Part shown: in pieces, positions 39,185 through 48,009 of the stretch
Layout of the letters: every line of letters begins with the position of its first letter
Numbering within the stretch: the first letter of the stretch is position 1
Notes under the pieces: generated by a model
The model's input: only the letters and a program-made list of their open reading frames with translations
Told to the model about the DNA's origin: nothing
Databases searched by the model: none
NCBI GenBank assembly: GCA_043811375.1
Contig: JBDRNJ010000072.1
Span: 96,001-160,000 of the forward strand
Direction: 5' to 3'
Source of the DNA: a bacterium
GTDB taxonomy: Bacteria; Zixibacteria; MSB-5A5; GN15; FEB-12
DNA: 64,000 bases
Program-made: the position numbers and the translations under genes

Positions 39185-40288
39185 TCAGTTCTCAGTGCCG
39201 ACGTCATTCAGATTCGGGAACTCAACCCGAAACTCGCCCGGAGGTACTTTATCTTCTTTCTTGTAGCCGTTTCCGTCCAGGTTACCCGTGCGCACCGTTC
39301 CATTCGAAAGACGAAGAATGTATGCCTCGTTAGCTACAGGATTGCCTTCCTCATCCTTCAGCTTGATCTCGATCCAATCCCGGTACTCCAGCATGCCCGA
39401 CTTCGCCTCATAGCCACCGACCCTTACGGTGAAAAAGTACTGCGGAGCTGACAGCTTTTTGGAAGTTTGTGTTGAAGTGGTATCGTCCGGCTGATCTTCG
39501 TATTCGTACTGCCACCCCTGTTCTATCTTGTCGCCAACTTCAACATTGCGAATGGTCCTGATCTTCACGGGCGGCTCGTTGATGTCCTGCCGGCAGATTT
39601 CAAGGGTGGCTTTTGTTCCGGGTTCGAAACCGGCCGTCTCAACCAACATCTTCACGGTATCCCCAACCCGGGCCTGCTTCTGCGACCACTCGGCTTTGAT
39701 GATTCCCTTCAGTTCGATATCGTGATTGCCCGGTTCGACACCGGTTTTCTTGACTTTGCCGTAAAGGCTACCTTCGTCGGTCTGGTCGTCCGGCGCTTTA
39801 ATCTTGTATGCCACGCCGGTAATCGGTTTGCCGCCTTTGTCCTTGAACTTGACATCAAGGTAGTGGTTTTCGGTCTCGGCTTCATCCTCGGATCCGGAGC
39901 CATCAGCCAACTCTTTGGATACGCCGGCGTCGGCGCCTTCCTTTCCAGTCACCTGTTTGCCTCCGGCACTGGCCATGCCACCGCCACCACCACCACCGCT
40001 GCCTATCAGAACGGTGTTGCAGCCCATTATAATTACATCCGGGGGACCGACACAGGTGCACTGATCAGTGACTCTCGCCGCCGGTTGACCGCAAATCAGG
40101 ACGGTGGGAGCTCCCATTATTATCGGCCCGCCGACATGCGGCGGGGGCGGACCGCCGGGGATAGGACAGGTGTGCATATCCCCCAGGCGGGCAGCAGGCA
40201 CACCTCCGATCAGCACCGTCGGTGCTCCAGCCACGATAACACCACCGTGAGCGGTGGAGTCACCCAATCTGGCTGCCGGCATTCCCAT
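39185..40288 (-). CDS. PAAR-domain spike tip protein with C-terminal transthyretin-like extensions
   Basis: PAARLGD twice and PAARVTD, with His/Cys zinc-ligand candidates; Gly-rich linker; two units like DxxGxP...Y.I...G.L. Confidence 0.92.
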   Translation of the reverse strand: MGMPAARLGDSTAHGGVIVAGAPTVLIGGVPAARLGDMHTCPIPGGPPPPHVGGPIIMGAPTVLICGQPAARVTDQCTCVGPPDVIIMGCNTVLIGSGGGGGGGMASAGGKQVTGKEGADAGVSKELADGSGSEDEAETENHYLDVKFKDKGGKPITGVAYKIKAPDDQTDEGSLYGKVKKTGVEPGNHDIELKGIIKAEWSQKQARVGDTVKMLVETAGFEPGTKATLEICRQDINEPPVKIRTIRNVEVGDKIEQGWQYEYEDQPDDTTSTQTSKKLSAPQYFFTVRVGGYEAKSGMLEYRDWIEIKLKDEEGNPVANEAYILRLSNGTVRTGNLDGNGYKKEDKVPPGEFRVEFPNLNDVGTEN

Positions 40289-40330
40289 GATCAGTCACCT
40301 GTGAAACGATATGTTGCGTTTACCTTTCTT

Positions 40331-40360
40331 AATATAGCTGAGCAGGAAGCGTCAAGTCAA
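40331..40360 (-). promoter_or_regulatory. Candidate sigma70 promoter of the PAAR/effector cassette
   Basis: Minus strand TTGACT-N18-TATATT, 42 nt upstream of the PAAR ATG. Confidence 0.55.
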
Positions 40361-40423
40361 TACTGAGTTTCCCCTGACCACATCAAAATCTTCAGTAACA
40401 TCTTTCAATGAGGCACCACGCAT

Positions 40424-40473
40424 AAGAAAATCGGAACCTCCCTTCGACAAACTCAGGACAGGCAGGGGTTCCG
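40424..40473 (-). terminator. Probable terminator downstream of the nucleotidyltransferase
   Basis: CGGAACC...GGTTCCG stem followed by ATTTTCTT on the minus strand; unusually long loop. Confidence 0.45.
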
Positions 40474-40513
40474 GCCTACTTTGACTTTCTCGGCGGTTTG
40501 TGAACAGCGGTCG

Positions 40514-41248
40514 TCAACCGATCAGTCGGCTAATCTTCTCAATGTCTCGATTGGCCTGCCGGTAGTCGTCGGGGCGGCCGACATCCAGCCAGTAACCGTC
40601 GTGGGGATAGGTGTTGACAGGCTCCCGTCGTTTCAGCAACATCAACACCAGGTCATCAAAGCCGAAGCTCTCTCCCTCGGGCACCAGTTTCAGCACCTCA
40701 CGCGAGAAGACATAAACGCCCGTGGATACGACTGACGTAAAGGTCGGTTTTTCCTGAAAACCGCAGACAATACCTTCAGCGTCAATCTGCAGGACCCCGT
40801 AATCGATCCTGGTAGTCCGTTCCTGAGTAGCTACCGTCAGCCGGGCGCGGCTGTTTAGATGATAATCAAACAGGGCGCGAAAATCGATATCGGTCAGTAC
40901 GTCACCGTTGACCACAATGAAGTCGGTCGGCAGACCCTCGACCAGTTTGAGCGGCCCGACCGTAGACAACGGTTGCTCCTCGTGCGAGTAGATCACTTCC
41001 AACCCCCAGCGGCTGCCGTCGCCGATGGCGGCCATGAGCAAGTGAGCCAAGTGATTGACGGCCATATAGACCCTCTCGATACCGCACTTTTTCATTTGCG
41101 TTAAAAGGATTTCGACTATCGGTCGGTCGCCAACCGTAACCAGCGGCTTGGGAATCTCAGCCGTGTAGGGCTGCAATCGTTGACCTCGCCCACCGGCCAG
41201 AACCACTGCCTGCAGAGGAAGAGCATTGCTGTCCGGTGCCTTTGTCAT
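40514..41248 (-). CDS. Sugar-phosphate nucleotidyltransferase
   Basis: VLAGGRGQRLQPYTAEIPKPLV, VNGDVLTD, FQEKP, YWLDVGRPDDY. Confidence 0.9.
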   Translation of the reverse strand: MTKAPDSNALPLQAVVLAGGRGQRLQPYTAEIPKPLVTVGDRPIVEILLTQMKKCGIERVYMAVNHLAHLLMAAIGDGSRWGLEVIYSHEEQPLSTVGPLKLVEGLPTDFIVVNGDVLTDIDFRALFDYHLNSRARLTVATQERTTRIDYGVLQIDAEGIVCGFQEKPTFTSVVSTGVYVFSREVLKLVPEGESFGFDDLVLMLLKRREPVNTYPHDGYWLDVGRPDDYRQANRDIEKISRLIG

Positions 41249-41250
41249 AA

Positions 41251-42240
41251 TCAGATATTACGATATCGCGGATCGCGGGGATTGTCAATAAGTCCGGAGG
41301 CAATGGCCGAAGCGATCTCACGGATGCCATCGGGTACCTTCCGGGTGACGGAGAAACCCAATTCGGTCCCTATGCGCCGGCAGTCTACTCGGTAATCACG
41401 CGGGTCGTCAGTGCGGTCAACAAACGATACCCGGTCATCCGGCAGCGACAACTCCTTTAAGATCAACTCGACCACGGATTCCTTGCGATAGTTTTCAGAT
41501 GAATCACCCACGTTGAAAGTCTGTCCGGCCACCAGCTCTGGCCCCGACTGGAGCACAGCCACACAAGCCCGAGCCAGATCGACCGCGTGACAATATGGCC
41601 GCCACGATCGTCGGCAGTATATCTCGAGTTTCAAACCGGCCAGCAGGTCGCGGGTGAATTCGTTTACAGTCAGGTCGAACCGGGGACGACTCGACAATCC
41701 GTAAGCGGTTGCAAAACGAAGGCAGGTAACAGCCGGTCGGCGTCCGTGGTGTTGCTTAAGATACTGTTCAAAACCGACTTTTAATTCTGCGTAGAGCGAC
41801 ACCGGGTGCAGGGGAGCGGTCTCATCCACAGGAGTATCACTATTTCGGCTGACGCCATAATTGCTGCAGGTGGATGCGAATACAAATCGCTCGACACCGG
41901 TTTCACGAGCCTGCTCATATAACATTCGGGAAGCGTCCCGGTTGACGGCTACCGCCAGAGATTCATTCTGCCGACAGGCTTTATCACCTACCACTGCCGC
42001 CAGGTGCACCACCGCCGCCACCCCTTTCAGGGCTGTCGTCACGTCCCTGGCCTGCCGGATGTCGCCCCGGCAAAACTCGAAGCGGGGGTGAGTAATATAC
42101 GGCAGGAGCGACTCTCCCCCATATATAAGATTGTCTATGGTGCGAACGGAATAACCACCGGCCAGCAACTGTCCGATCAGCACCGACCCGATGTAACCGG
42201 CGCCGCCGGTGACCAGGACAGTTGTTGTTGTTGTAGTCAA
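41251..42240 (-). CDS. NAD-dependent epimerase/dehydratase
   Basis: TGGAGYIGS, HLAAVVGD, ASTCSNYG, YAELK (YxxxK), RFDLTVN. Confidence 0.9.
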   Translation of the reverse strand: MTTTTTTVLVTGGAGYIGSVLIGQLLAGGYSVRTIDNLIYGGESLLPYITHPRFEFCRGDIRQARDVTTALKGVAAVVHLAAVVGDKACRQNESLAVAVNRDASRMLYEQARETGVERFVFASTCSNYGVSRNSDTPVDETAPLHPVSLYAELKVGFEQYLKQHHGRRPAVTCLRFATAYGLSSRPRFDLTVNEFTRDLLAGLKLEIYCRRSWRPYCHAVDLARACVAVLQSGPELVAGQTFNVGDSSENYRKESVVELILKELSLPDDRVSFVDRTDDPRDYRVDCRRIGTELGFSVTRKVPDGIREIASAIASGLIDNPRDPRYRNI

Positions 42241-42308
42241 GGCAGTTTAGTCTTGTTCTCCGAGGTCATCGACCGGCTCCATCTGACAGAATATTCCGGA
42301 GAAGTCTT

Positions 42309-44483
42309 TCACTTCTGCTGCAGGAGATTCCTGGCCGTCTCCAACTGTTCTCCTCTCAGGCCCATATCGATAGCTTTTTGAAGGTTTTCCGCGGCTGCCT
42401 CGTTGCCTTCCATGTGCATGGCCATGCCGATCCAATAGAACGGTTCCGGTTCATCCTTGCGTGAACGGCTGGCTTTCAGCGCCTCCCCCCGAGCCAGATC
42501 GTAACGGCCCGACTGGAAATAAACATAGCACAGGTTCATCCAGGTTCTCTGGTCGTGTTGTGAGTTGAACACGGCGTGTCGGGCTATATTGGCAGCCCGA
42601 TTGAGATCCTCCTGCTCCGTGGCCAGGATGCGGGAGAAGTAGTGACCGTTGTCGGCATTGGAGCGGGCTTCAATCAGATTTTTCTCAAAGATATCAAATG
42701 CTTCCTGGCGTCGATCGAGTTCATAGAGCGCCCGTGCCTTCTGCACGGAGGCGGACACACGTCTCGGTTCAATGGACAATGCCTTTTCCGCCAGGTCCAG
42801 GGCGGTTTCATAGGCCGACTGGTCGCACTTAATCCCGGCCAGCAGCACCAGAGCGTCAGTATTATCCTGGTCCAACTGTAGCAGCAGTTCGATAAGCCGG
42901 TTCTTTTCGCTTTGCCGATCAAGTTTGTCAACCAGCGTTGATATTTCTTCGAACGCTACCAGATTCCCCCTGACCGCAGGGAACCGTTGCACAAAGAGCG
43001 TCACACCTTCCTCAATGGCGCCGGACTCAACCAGGCAGACAGCTTTCAAAAGGGACAGTTCGGGGAAGTTGCGCTCCAGATCGGCATAGCCGTCAAACTG
43101 CTCGAGCGCGGTTTGTGGCTGTCCGATGCGGCGGTACATCTCCACCAAACCTTCAAAGGCCGGTCGGTTCCACGGTTCTTTGCCCAGTGCCAATTGATAA
43201 TAGCGGGTAGCCAGATCGTATTTCCTGACAAAACGGTCAGCGTAAATATCAGCCAATCCGGCCAGCCAATCCGGCTGGGTGCTGTGATACTTATACAATA
43301 GAGACATCAATTCCTCAAATTCGTCGTGCTGTCCGGATCGATACAGGTTGTTAGCAGAAGTCAATCTGGCCGACAGGCGATTGGCCATCACCTCCGGTAC
43401 TTTCTCCAGTGCTTTGAGACCGTCCACCCCCGGAAAGAATCCAGCATAAGTGACAGCGTTGGTGTACCACATGAACTCCTGAAACTTCGGATCATACCGG
43501 TCCCGGCCCATAATTTTGCCGATGGCCGACACGTTGCCGGTACAGGTCATCATGTCCTCGCTTCTGCCCCGCACCTGAAGATCGAAGGCCAGAGCACTGA
43601 TGCTCTGATGGACCAGCTTGCCATATTGGTCGCAGGCTTTTCGAGCGGTTACCTGATCCTGTATGGCCAGTGCCAGGAACATCTCCAGACCGGCTACCAC
43701 CATTTCAGTGCCGGTATACTCCCGGAAATTGCTAATGACCTGCCTGGCTTCGAAGTAATAGTGGTGTCTCAAACAACGAAAGAAATGATCGAGCGCCAGA
43801 TCAAAGTCAGCCTCGGTTAACGTCAAGCGGCCAACCGTTATGGACGAGTCGATCAATCCCGCCGCTTCCAGGTAAGCGACTCTCCGAGATATGTCGGCCG
43901 TTGATCCGGAAGATTGTTCGGTCGCAGTCTGATAGGCAACAGCCGCTGAATCAAAAAAGCCCTGGCGGCAATAAGACTCCGCCTTCAACACCGAAACAAT
44001 GTCGGCTTCGGCTCCCAGCTCGGCGGCCCGGTCAGCCTCCTGTCTGGCCCGGACATACTGACCGACGTTTATCAAGGCTTGCGCCAGCACCAGTCTGGCC
44101 TGCGACTCATCGGGAAGCAGGGCACTGTACTCAGACGCAGCCTGAAAAGCGTCTTCGGATTCCTCCAGGTGTTTCATAATCCTGAACACACCCAGATGAG
44201 CCGGGGCAAACGAGGGTGTCCTTCGGTTGACCACCAGGTAGGAATGAAGGGCATCATACCACTGCAACTGACGCTCGAATACCAGCCCGATACCGTAGCC
44301 GCTCAACGGGGAGGTGGAATCGATGGCAGCCACCTGCTTAAACACGTCAATGGCGGCATCGAATTCGTAGTGATCGACATGCCTTTGTCCTGTCTTAAAT
44401 AAATCCAGGATGCTCTCCTCAGGAGACTTGCTGCATCCCAAGGCTATCAGCACAAACACACCAACCGCAAAGCATTTTCTCAT
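42309..44483 (-). CDS. TPR-repeat lipoprotein
   Basis: Lipobox LIALGC and many TPR-like helical repeats. Confidence 0.8.
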   Translation of the reverse strand: MRKCFAVGVFVLIALGCSKSPEESILDLFKTGQRHVDHYEFDAAIDVFKQVAAIDSTSPLSGYGIGLVFERQLQWYDALHSYLVVNRRTPSFAPAHLGVFRIMKHLEESEDAFQAASEYSALLPDESQARLVLAQALINVGQYVRARQEADRAAELGAEADIVSVLKAESYCRQGFFDSAAVAYQTATEQSSGSTADISRRVAYLEAAGLIDSSITVGRLTLTEADFDLALDHFFRCLRHHYYFEARQVISNFREYTGTEMVVAGLEMFLALAIQDQVTARKACDQYGKLVHQSISALAFDLQVRGRSEDMMTCTGNVSAIGKIMGRDRYDPKFQEFMWYTNAVTYAGFFPGVDGLKALEKVPEVMANRLSARLTSANNLYRSGQHDEFEELMSLLYKYHSTQPDWLAGLADIYADRFVRKYDLATRYYQLALGKEPWNRPAFEGLVEMYRRIGQPQTALEQFDGYADLERNFPELSLLKAVCLVESGAIEEGVTLFVQRFPAVRGNLVAFEEISTLVDKLDRQSEKNRLIELLLQLDQDNTDALVLLAGIKCDQSAYETALDLAEKALSIEPRRVSASVQKARALYELDRRQEAFDIFEKNLIEARSNADNGHYFSRILATEQEDLNRAANIARHAVFNSQHDQRTWMNLCYVYFQSGRYDLARGEALKASRSRKDEPEPFYWIGMAMHMEGNEAAAENLQKAIDMGLRGEQLETARNLLQQK

Positions 44484-44640
44484 CAGGTTATCCTACCTTC
44501 CGAACAAACGGGATTTTCAATTGGGGCCAATCTATAACCTGTTATACCATAAATCCATAGCTTTTTTCATTCAAATCCCATGAACTTCAGTGGAATCATT
44601 CTAAAGATATTACCGTGATCGGACAATCGGCGGAATTTGA

Positions 44641-44669
44641 TTGGTTTTTAATCAAACATCGACTATATT
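44641..44669 (+). promoter_or_regulatory. Candidate leaderless promoter of lptB
   Basis: TTGGTT-N17-TATATT-N5-ATG, no Shine-Dalgarno. Confidence 0.5.
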
Positions 44670-44674
44670 TCAAT

Positions 44675-45400
44675 ATGGTAGTCCTTGAAGCAGATATGCT
44701 CAGCAAGTACTACCGCAGACGTGCCGTTGTCGATGAGGTTTCGATCGTTGTGAAACCGGGAGAAGTGGTAGGTCTGTTGGGGCCAAACGGAGCCGGCAAG
44801 ACAACGACATTTTACATGATTATCGGATTTGTCAGACCTGATGGGGGTAAAGTGTATCTCGGCGGCAGGAATATCGGTGGCAAGCCCATGTATCGGCGAG
44901 CCAAACTGGGAATCGGTTATCTGGCTCAGGAGGCTTCGGTCTTTCGAAAAATGACGGTTGAGGATAACATTTTGTCGATTCTCCAGTTTCGCCGGATGAG
45001 CCGCAAGCGGCGCAAAGAGCGGTTGGATGAACTCCTGCAGCAGTTGGATATCGCCCACCTGCGCAAGAGCAAAGCCTACACGTTATCAGGCGGCGAACGC
45101 CGACGGGTTGAGATCACGCGAGCCCTCGTCAACGATCCCAAGTTTATGTTGCTGGACGAGCCGTTTGCCGGTATCGATCCCATCGCCGTGGAAGACATAC
45201 AGAAAATCATCAACCGCCTGGTTCAACATGGACTTGGAATCCTGATTACGGATCACAATGTTCGGGAGACACTTTCGATCTGTAGCCGGGCTTATATTAT
45301 GTGCGATGGAAAGATCCTCAAATCGGGGACCTCGGAATTCCTGGCCGGCGATCCGGAAGCGAGAAAAATCTATTTGGGAGAAAAGTTTCGACTGGACTGA
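44675..45400 (+). CDS. lptB: LPS export ABC ATPase LptB
   Basis: [52 protein letters not shown]. Upstream of rpoN. Confidence 0.96.
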   Translation: MVVLEADMLSKYYRRRAVVDEVSIVVKPGEVVGLLGPNGAGKTTTFYMIIGFVRPDGGKVYLGGRNIGGKPMYRRAKLGIGYLAQEASVFRKMTVEDNILSILQFRRMSRKRRKERLDELLQQLDIAHLRKSKAYTLSGGERRRVEITRALVNDPKFMLLDEPFAGIDPIAVEDIQKIINRLVQHGLGILITDHNVRETLSICSRAYIMCDGKILKSGTSEFLAGDPEARKIYLGEKFRLD

Positions 45401-45537
45401 ACAGTCCGTCGGCTTTGTCTAATATATGAACGATATAAGCCGGGAACGTCAATCGAGCAGGTTTGTTTCCGATAACATGATCGGAGCCGGTATTGACCGG
45501 CTGGAACCTTTCGGAGTACAAATCGGCAGGTAAGACT

Positions 45538-46923
45538 ATGAAACTTGGGCTACAATTAAGACTCCAGCAAACCCTGGCACCTCAGTTGATACAATCGCTG
45601 AAGATGCTCCAGATGCCGGTGCTCAAACTGGAGCAGACTATTCGTCAGGAGCTGTCCACCAACCCACTTCTGGAAGAAATAGAAGAACTGGAACCTGAGC
45701 AGGAACTCGACGCTGAGGCTGAAGAGACCGAAGAGAACCCAGACGAGGGTGTTGACTGGGACGAGTACCTCTCTGATGATGAAGAAGGTTACAAGGTACG
45801 TGAACCTCGGGAAGTTCGCGAGGATACTCTGGAGGGATCGGCATCATCGTCACGTAGCCTGCTGACCTACCTGCTGGAGCAGTTGTCGTTTTTGAAACTG
45901 TCCAATGAGGAATACCTGATCGGAGAGTATATCATCGGCAATATCTCGCCCGACGGTTACCTTACTATCGGGGTGCCGGAGATGGCCCATGAGCTATCCC
46001 TTGACGCCGCCAAGATCGAGTTGGTACTGGCAATGGTCCAGCGTTTCGACCCGACCGGTGTCGGTTCGCGAGACTTGCGGGAGTCCCTTCTTATTCAGTT
46101 GCGAGAAAAAGGACTGGAAGACACCCTACCCTATCGGATCGTTGAGGAACATATCAACAAGTTGGATCGGAAGTCGATCCTGCAGATATCCAAACTGATG
46201 CACACCCCTCTGGAAAAGACAGAAGAGGCGATGGCCGAAATAAAGGAGCTCTCGCCGACACCGGCCTACGGTCGTTTTGCGGAAGCCGCGATGCCAATTG
46301 TCCCGGATCTGACGGTGGAGCGGTTTGGCGATGAGTATGTTGTCTTCCATAACGACCGGCATGTCCCCCGATTACGCATCAACTCAGGATACAAAGCCCT
46401 GATGAAACGCGGCAGTGAGTCATCCAAGGACACCCGGCAATATATCAAGCAGAAACTGGAACAGGCTCGATGGCTGCTCAATGCCATCAATCAGCGACGT
46501 TCGACGATGATCCGGGTGATGGAAGCCATTATCGAAAAACAGCACGATTTCTTCGACAAAGGCCCCTCGTTTCTCAAACCGTTGATAATGGAGGAAATTG
46601 CCCAAAAGGTCGATATGAATGTGGCCACTATCAGTCGCGTGTCCAACAGCAAATACGTTCAGACTCCCTTTGGCGTTTACGAGATCAAATACTTTTTCAA
46701 CGCCGGTATCACCAAAGCTGATGGTGAGGATATGTCGAAAAGGTCGGTCAAACAACGCATAGAGGAGATTATCAAGGCGGAACAACCCAGCCAACCGCTT
46801 TCTGACCAGGAAATCTATCGCTTACTGAACGAAGAGGGTATCCGCCTGGCGAGACGAACCGTCACCAAGTACCGTGAGGAGCTAAAGCTTCCAGCCGCCA
46901 GACTTCGCAAACGGGTCAAGTAG
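45538..46923 (+). CDS. rpoN: RNA polymerase sigma-54 factor
   Basis: Gln/Leu-rich region I, ELSTNPLLE, ATISRV HTH, PLSDQEI, RpoN box ARRTVTKYRE. Confidence 0.97.
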   Translation: MKLGLQLRLQQTLAPQLIQSLKMLQMPVLKLEQTIRQELSTNPLLEEIEELEPEQELDAEAEETEENPDEGVDWDEYLSDDEEGYKVREPREVREDTLEGSASSSRSLLTYLLEQLSFLKLSNEEYLIGEYIIGNISPDGYLTIGVPEMAHELSLDAAKIELVLAMVQRFDPTGVGSRDLRESLLIQLREKGLEDTLPYRIVEEHINKLDRKSILQISKLMHTPLEKTEEAMAEIKELSPTPAYGRFAEAAMPIVPDLTVERFGDEYVVFHNDRHVPRLRINSGYKALMKRGSESSKDTRQYIKQKLEQARWLLNAINQRRSTMIRVMEAIIEKQHDFFDKGPSFLKPLIMEEIAQKVDMNVATISRVSNSKYVQTPFGVYEIKYFFNAGITKADGEDMSKRSVKQRIEEIIKAEQPSQPLSDQEIYRLLNEEGIRLARRTVTKYREELKLPAARLRKRVK

Positions 46924-47278
46924 AAGATACGGTACAACCCGACAGGGAACAGACAACCTGTCGCATCGGAGGAAGAGGGCACATGGAACGAGCCGAAAAT
47001 CTTCAATCCCGGGCCGCGGTGAGCGCCCGATACCCCTCACGGCGGCACCCTTCCATTCAACGCCGGCAAATCATTTTCGGCAGTGAACCTGTTCAGACCG
47101 GGTGGCTGCCGGTTATTTTTTTTAGTCGATGCGGAGAGAATAATCGTAAGACTTAATAGGGAAAAGATGGCTGCGTCGACGCCCGGCGCCGGCGATGTCA
47201 AGGTTAATGAGAGTAGTCGACTGCTGCTCTCCCGTCAAACGACGACCGGAAAGTTACATGGAAAGGAGGTTTGTGACG

Positions 47279-47638
47279 ATGCAAAAGGTGATCACGGCCC
47301 GCCATTTTGATCTCACCCCAGAAATGAAGGAGAAAGCGGAGAAAGAAATGGACCGACTGACTCGCTACTTCGGCAATATCGTCTCCGCCGAACTCGTTCT
47401 CGATACCGAAAGACACCTCCGCACGGCGGAATTGAAAGTCAACGTGTACAACAATATGATCGCCGGCACCGGCGAAACGGATGATATGTACAACTCCATA
47501 GCCGTGGCGGTCGACAAGGTTAAGGGACAACTGAAGAAATACAAGTCGAAATTGAAACAGAGGTCCCCGGAAGAAATCACTAACATCAAGGACAGGTCTA
47601 CTCGTCCCAGCACTGATGTGGACGAACTGGATACATAG
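47279..47638 (+). CDS. hpf: Ribosome hibernation promoting factor (HPF/RaiA)
   Basis: ITARHFDLT...DMYNSIAVAVDKVKGQLKKYK. Follows rpoN; AAAGGAGG RBS. Confidence 0.92.
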   Translation: MQKVITARHFDLTPEMKEKAEKEMDRLTRYFGNIVSAELVLDTERHLRTAELKVNVYNNMIAGTGETDDMYNSIAVAVDKVKGQLKKYKSKLKQRSPEEITNIKDRSTRPSTDVDELDT

Positions 47639-47726
47639 CTGATATTCGCGACATGCTATCGGAAATGCCGAGTACCGAATAGGCACCCTGCCACCGGTAT
47701 TAAGCTACTATCGTCAGACAAGCTAC

Positions 47727-47756
47727 AGCCCGCCTGATCTCAGGCGGGCTTTTTTT
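47727..47756 (+). terminator. Intrinsic terminator after hpf
   Basis: AGCCCGCCTG/CAGGCGGGCT stem followed by a T run. Confidence 0.85.
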
Positions 47757-47782
47757 CATGGAGGGATAGGGGTGCAAGTTCT

Positions 47783-47950
47783 TGTAGGGCAGGTCTCCTC
47801 TTAGAAACCTGCCAATTACAAGTCTCGTAGGTCAACCCCTGCGGTTTCGACATACACTTAAGGCTTGACATTCCCGCTTCTCTCGCACAACATTTATTTG
47901 TGTATAACGTAGCGAAATCGTCATTGCGAGGTGCGAAGCGCTGTGGTAAA
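47783..47950. repeat. Cluster of degenerate REP-like elements
   Basis: GTAGGGCAGG...CCTGCC, GTAGGTCAACCCCTGCGGTTTCGAC and CGTCATTGCGAGG half-elements. Confidence 0.5.
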
Positions 47951-48009
47951 CCGCGAACTCTGATCGCTACCACACTGGCCGAAAAAGGGGGTAATCTGGA
48001 GTTCCTAAC

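Noticed and set aside
19107..40288. Interpretation as a prophage tail or extracellular contractile injection system
   Set aside because: No capsid, terminase, tape measure or lysis genes. A two-part TssB/TssC sheath, TssK, a Clp ATPase and membrane proteins indicate a cell-anchored T6SS.
42220..42240. (ACA)n repeat at the epimerase start as a phase-variation tract
   Set aside because: Short in-frame triplet repeat; length change would not shift the frame.
40514..44483. TPR-epimerase-nucleotidyltransferase genes as part of the T6SS operon
   Set aside because: Same strand, but separated from PAAR by a terminator-like hairpin and a separate promoter; no functional evidence for a link.
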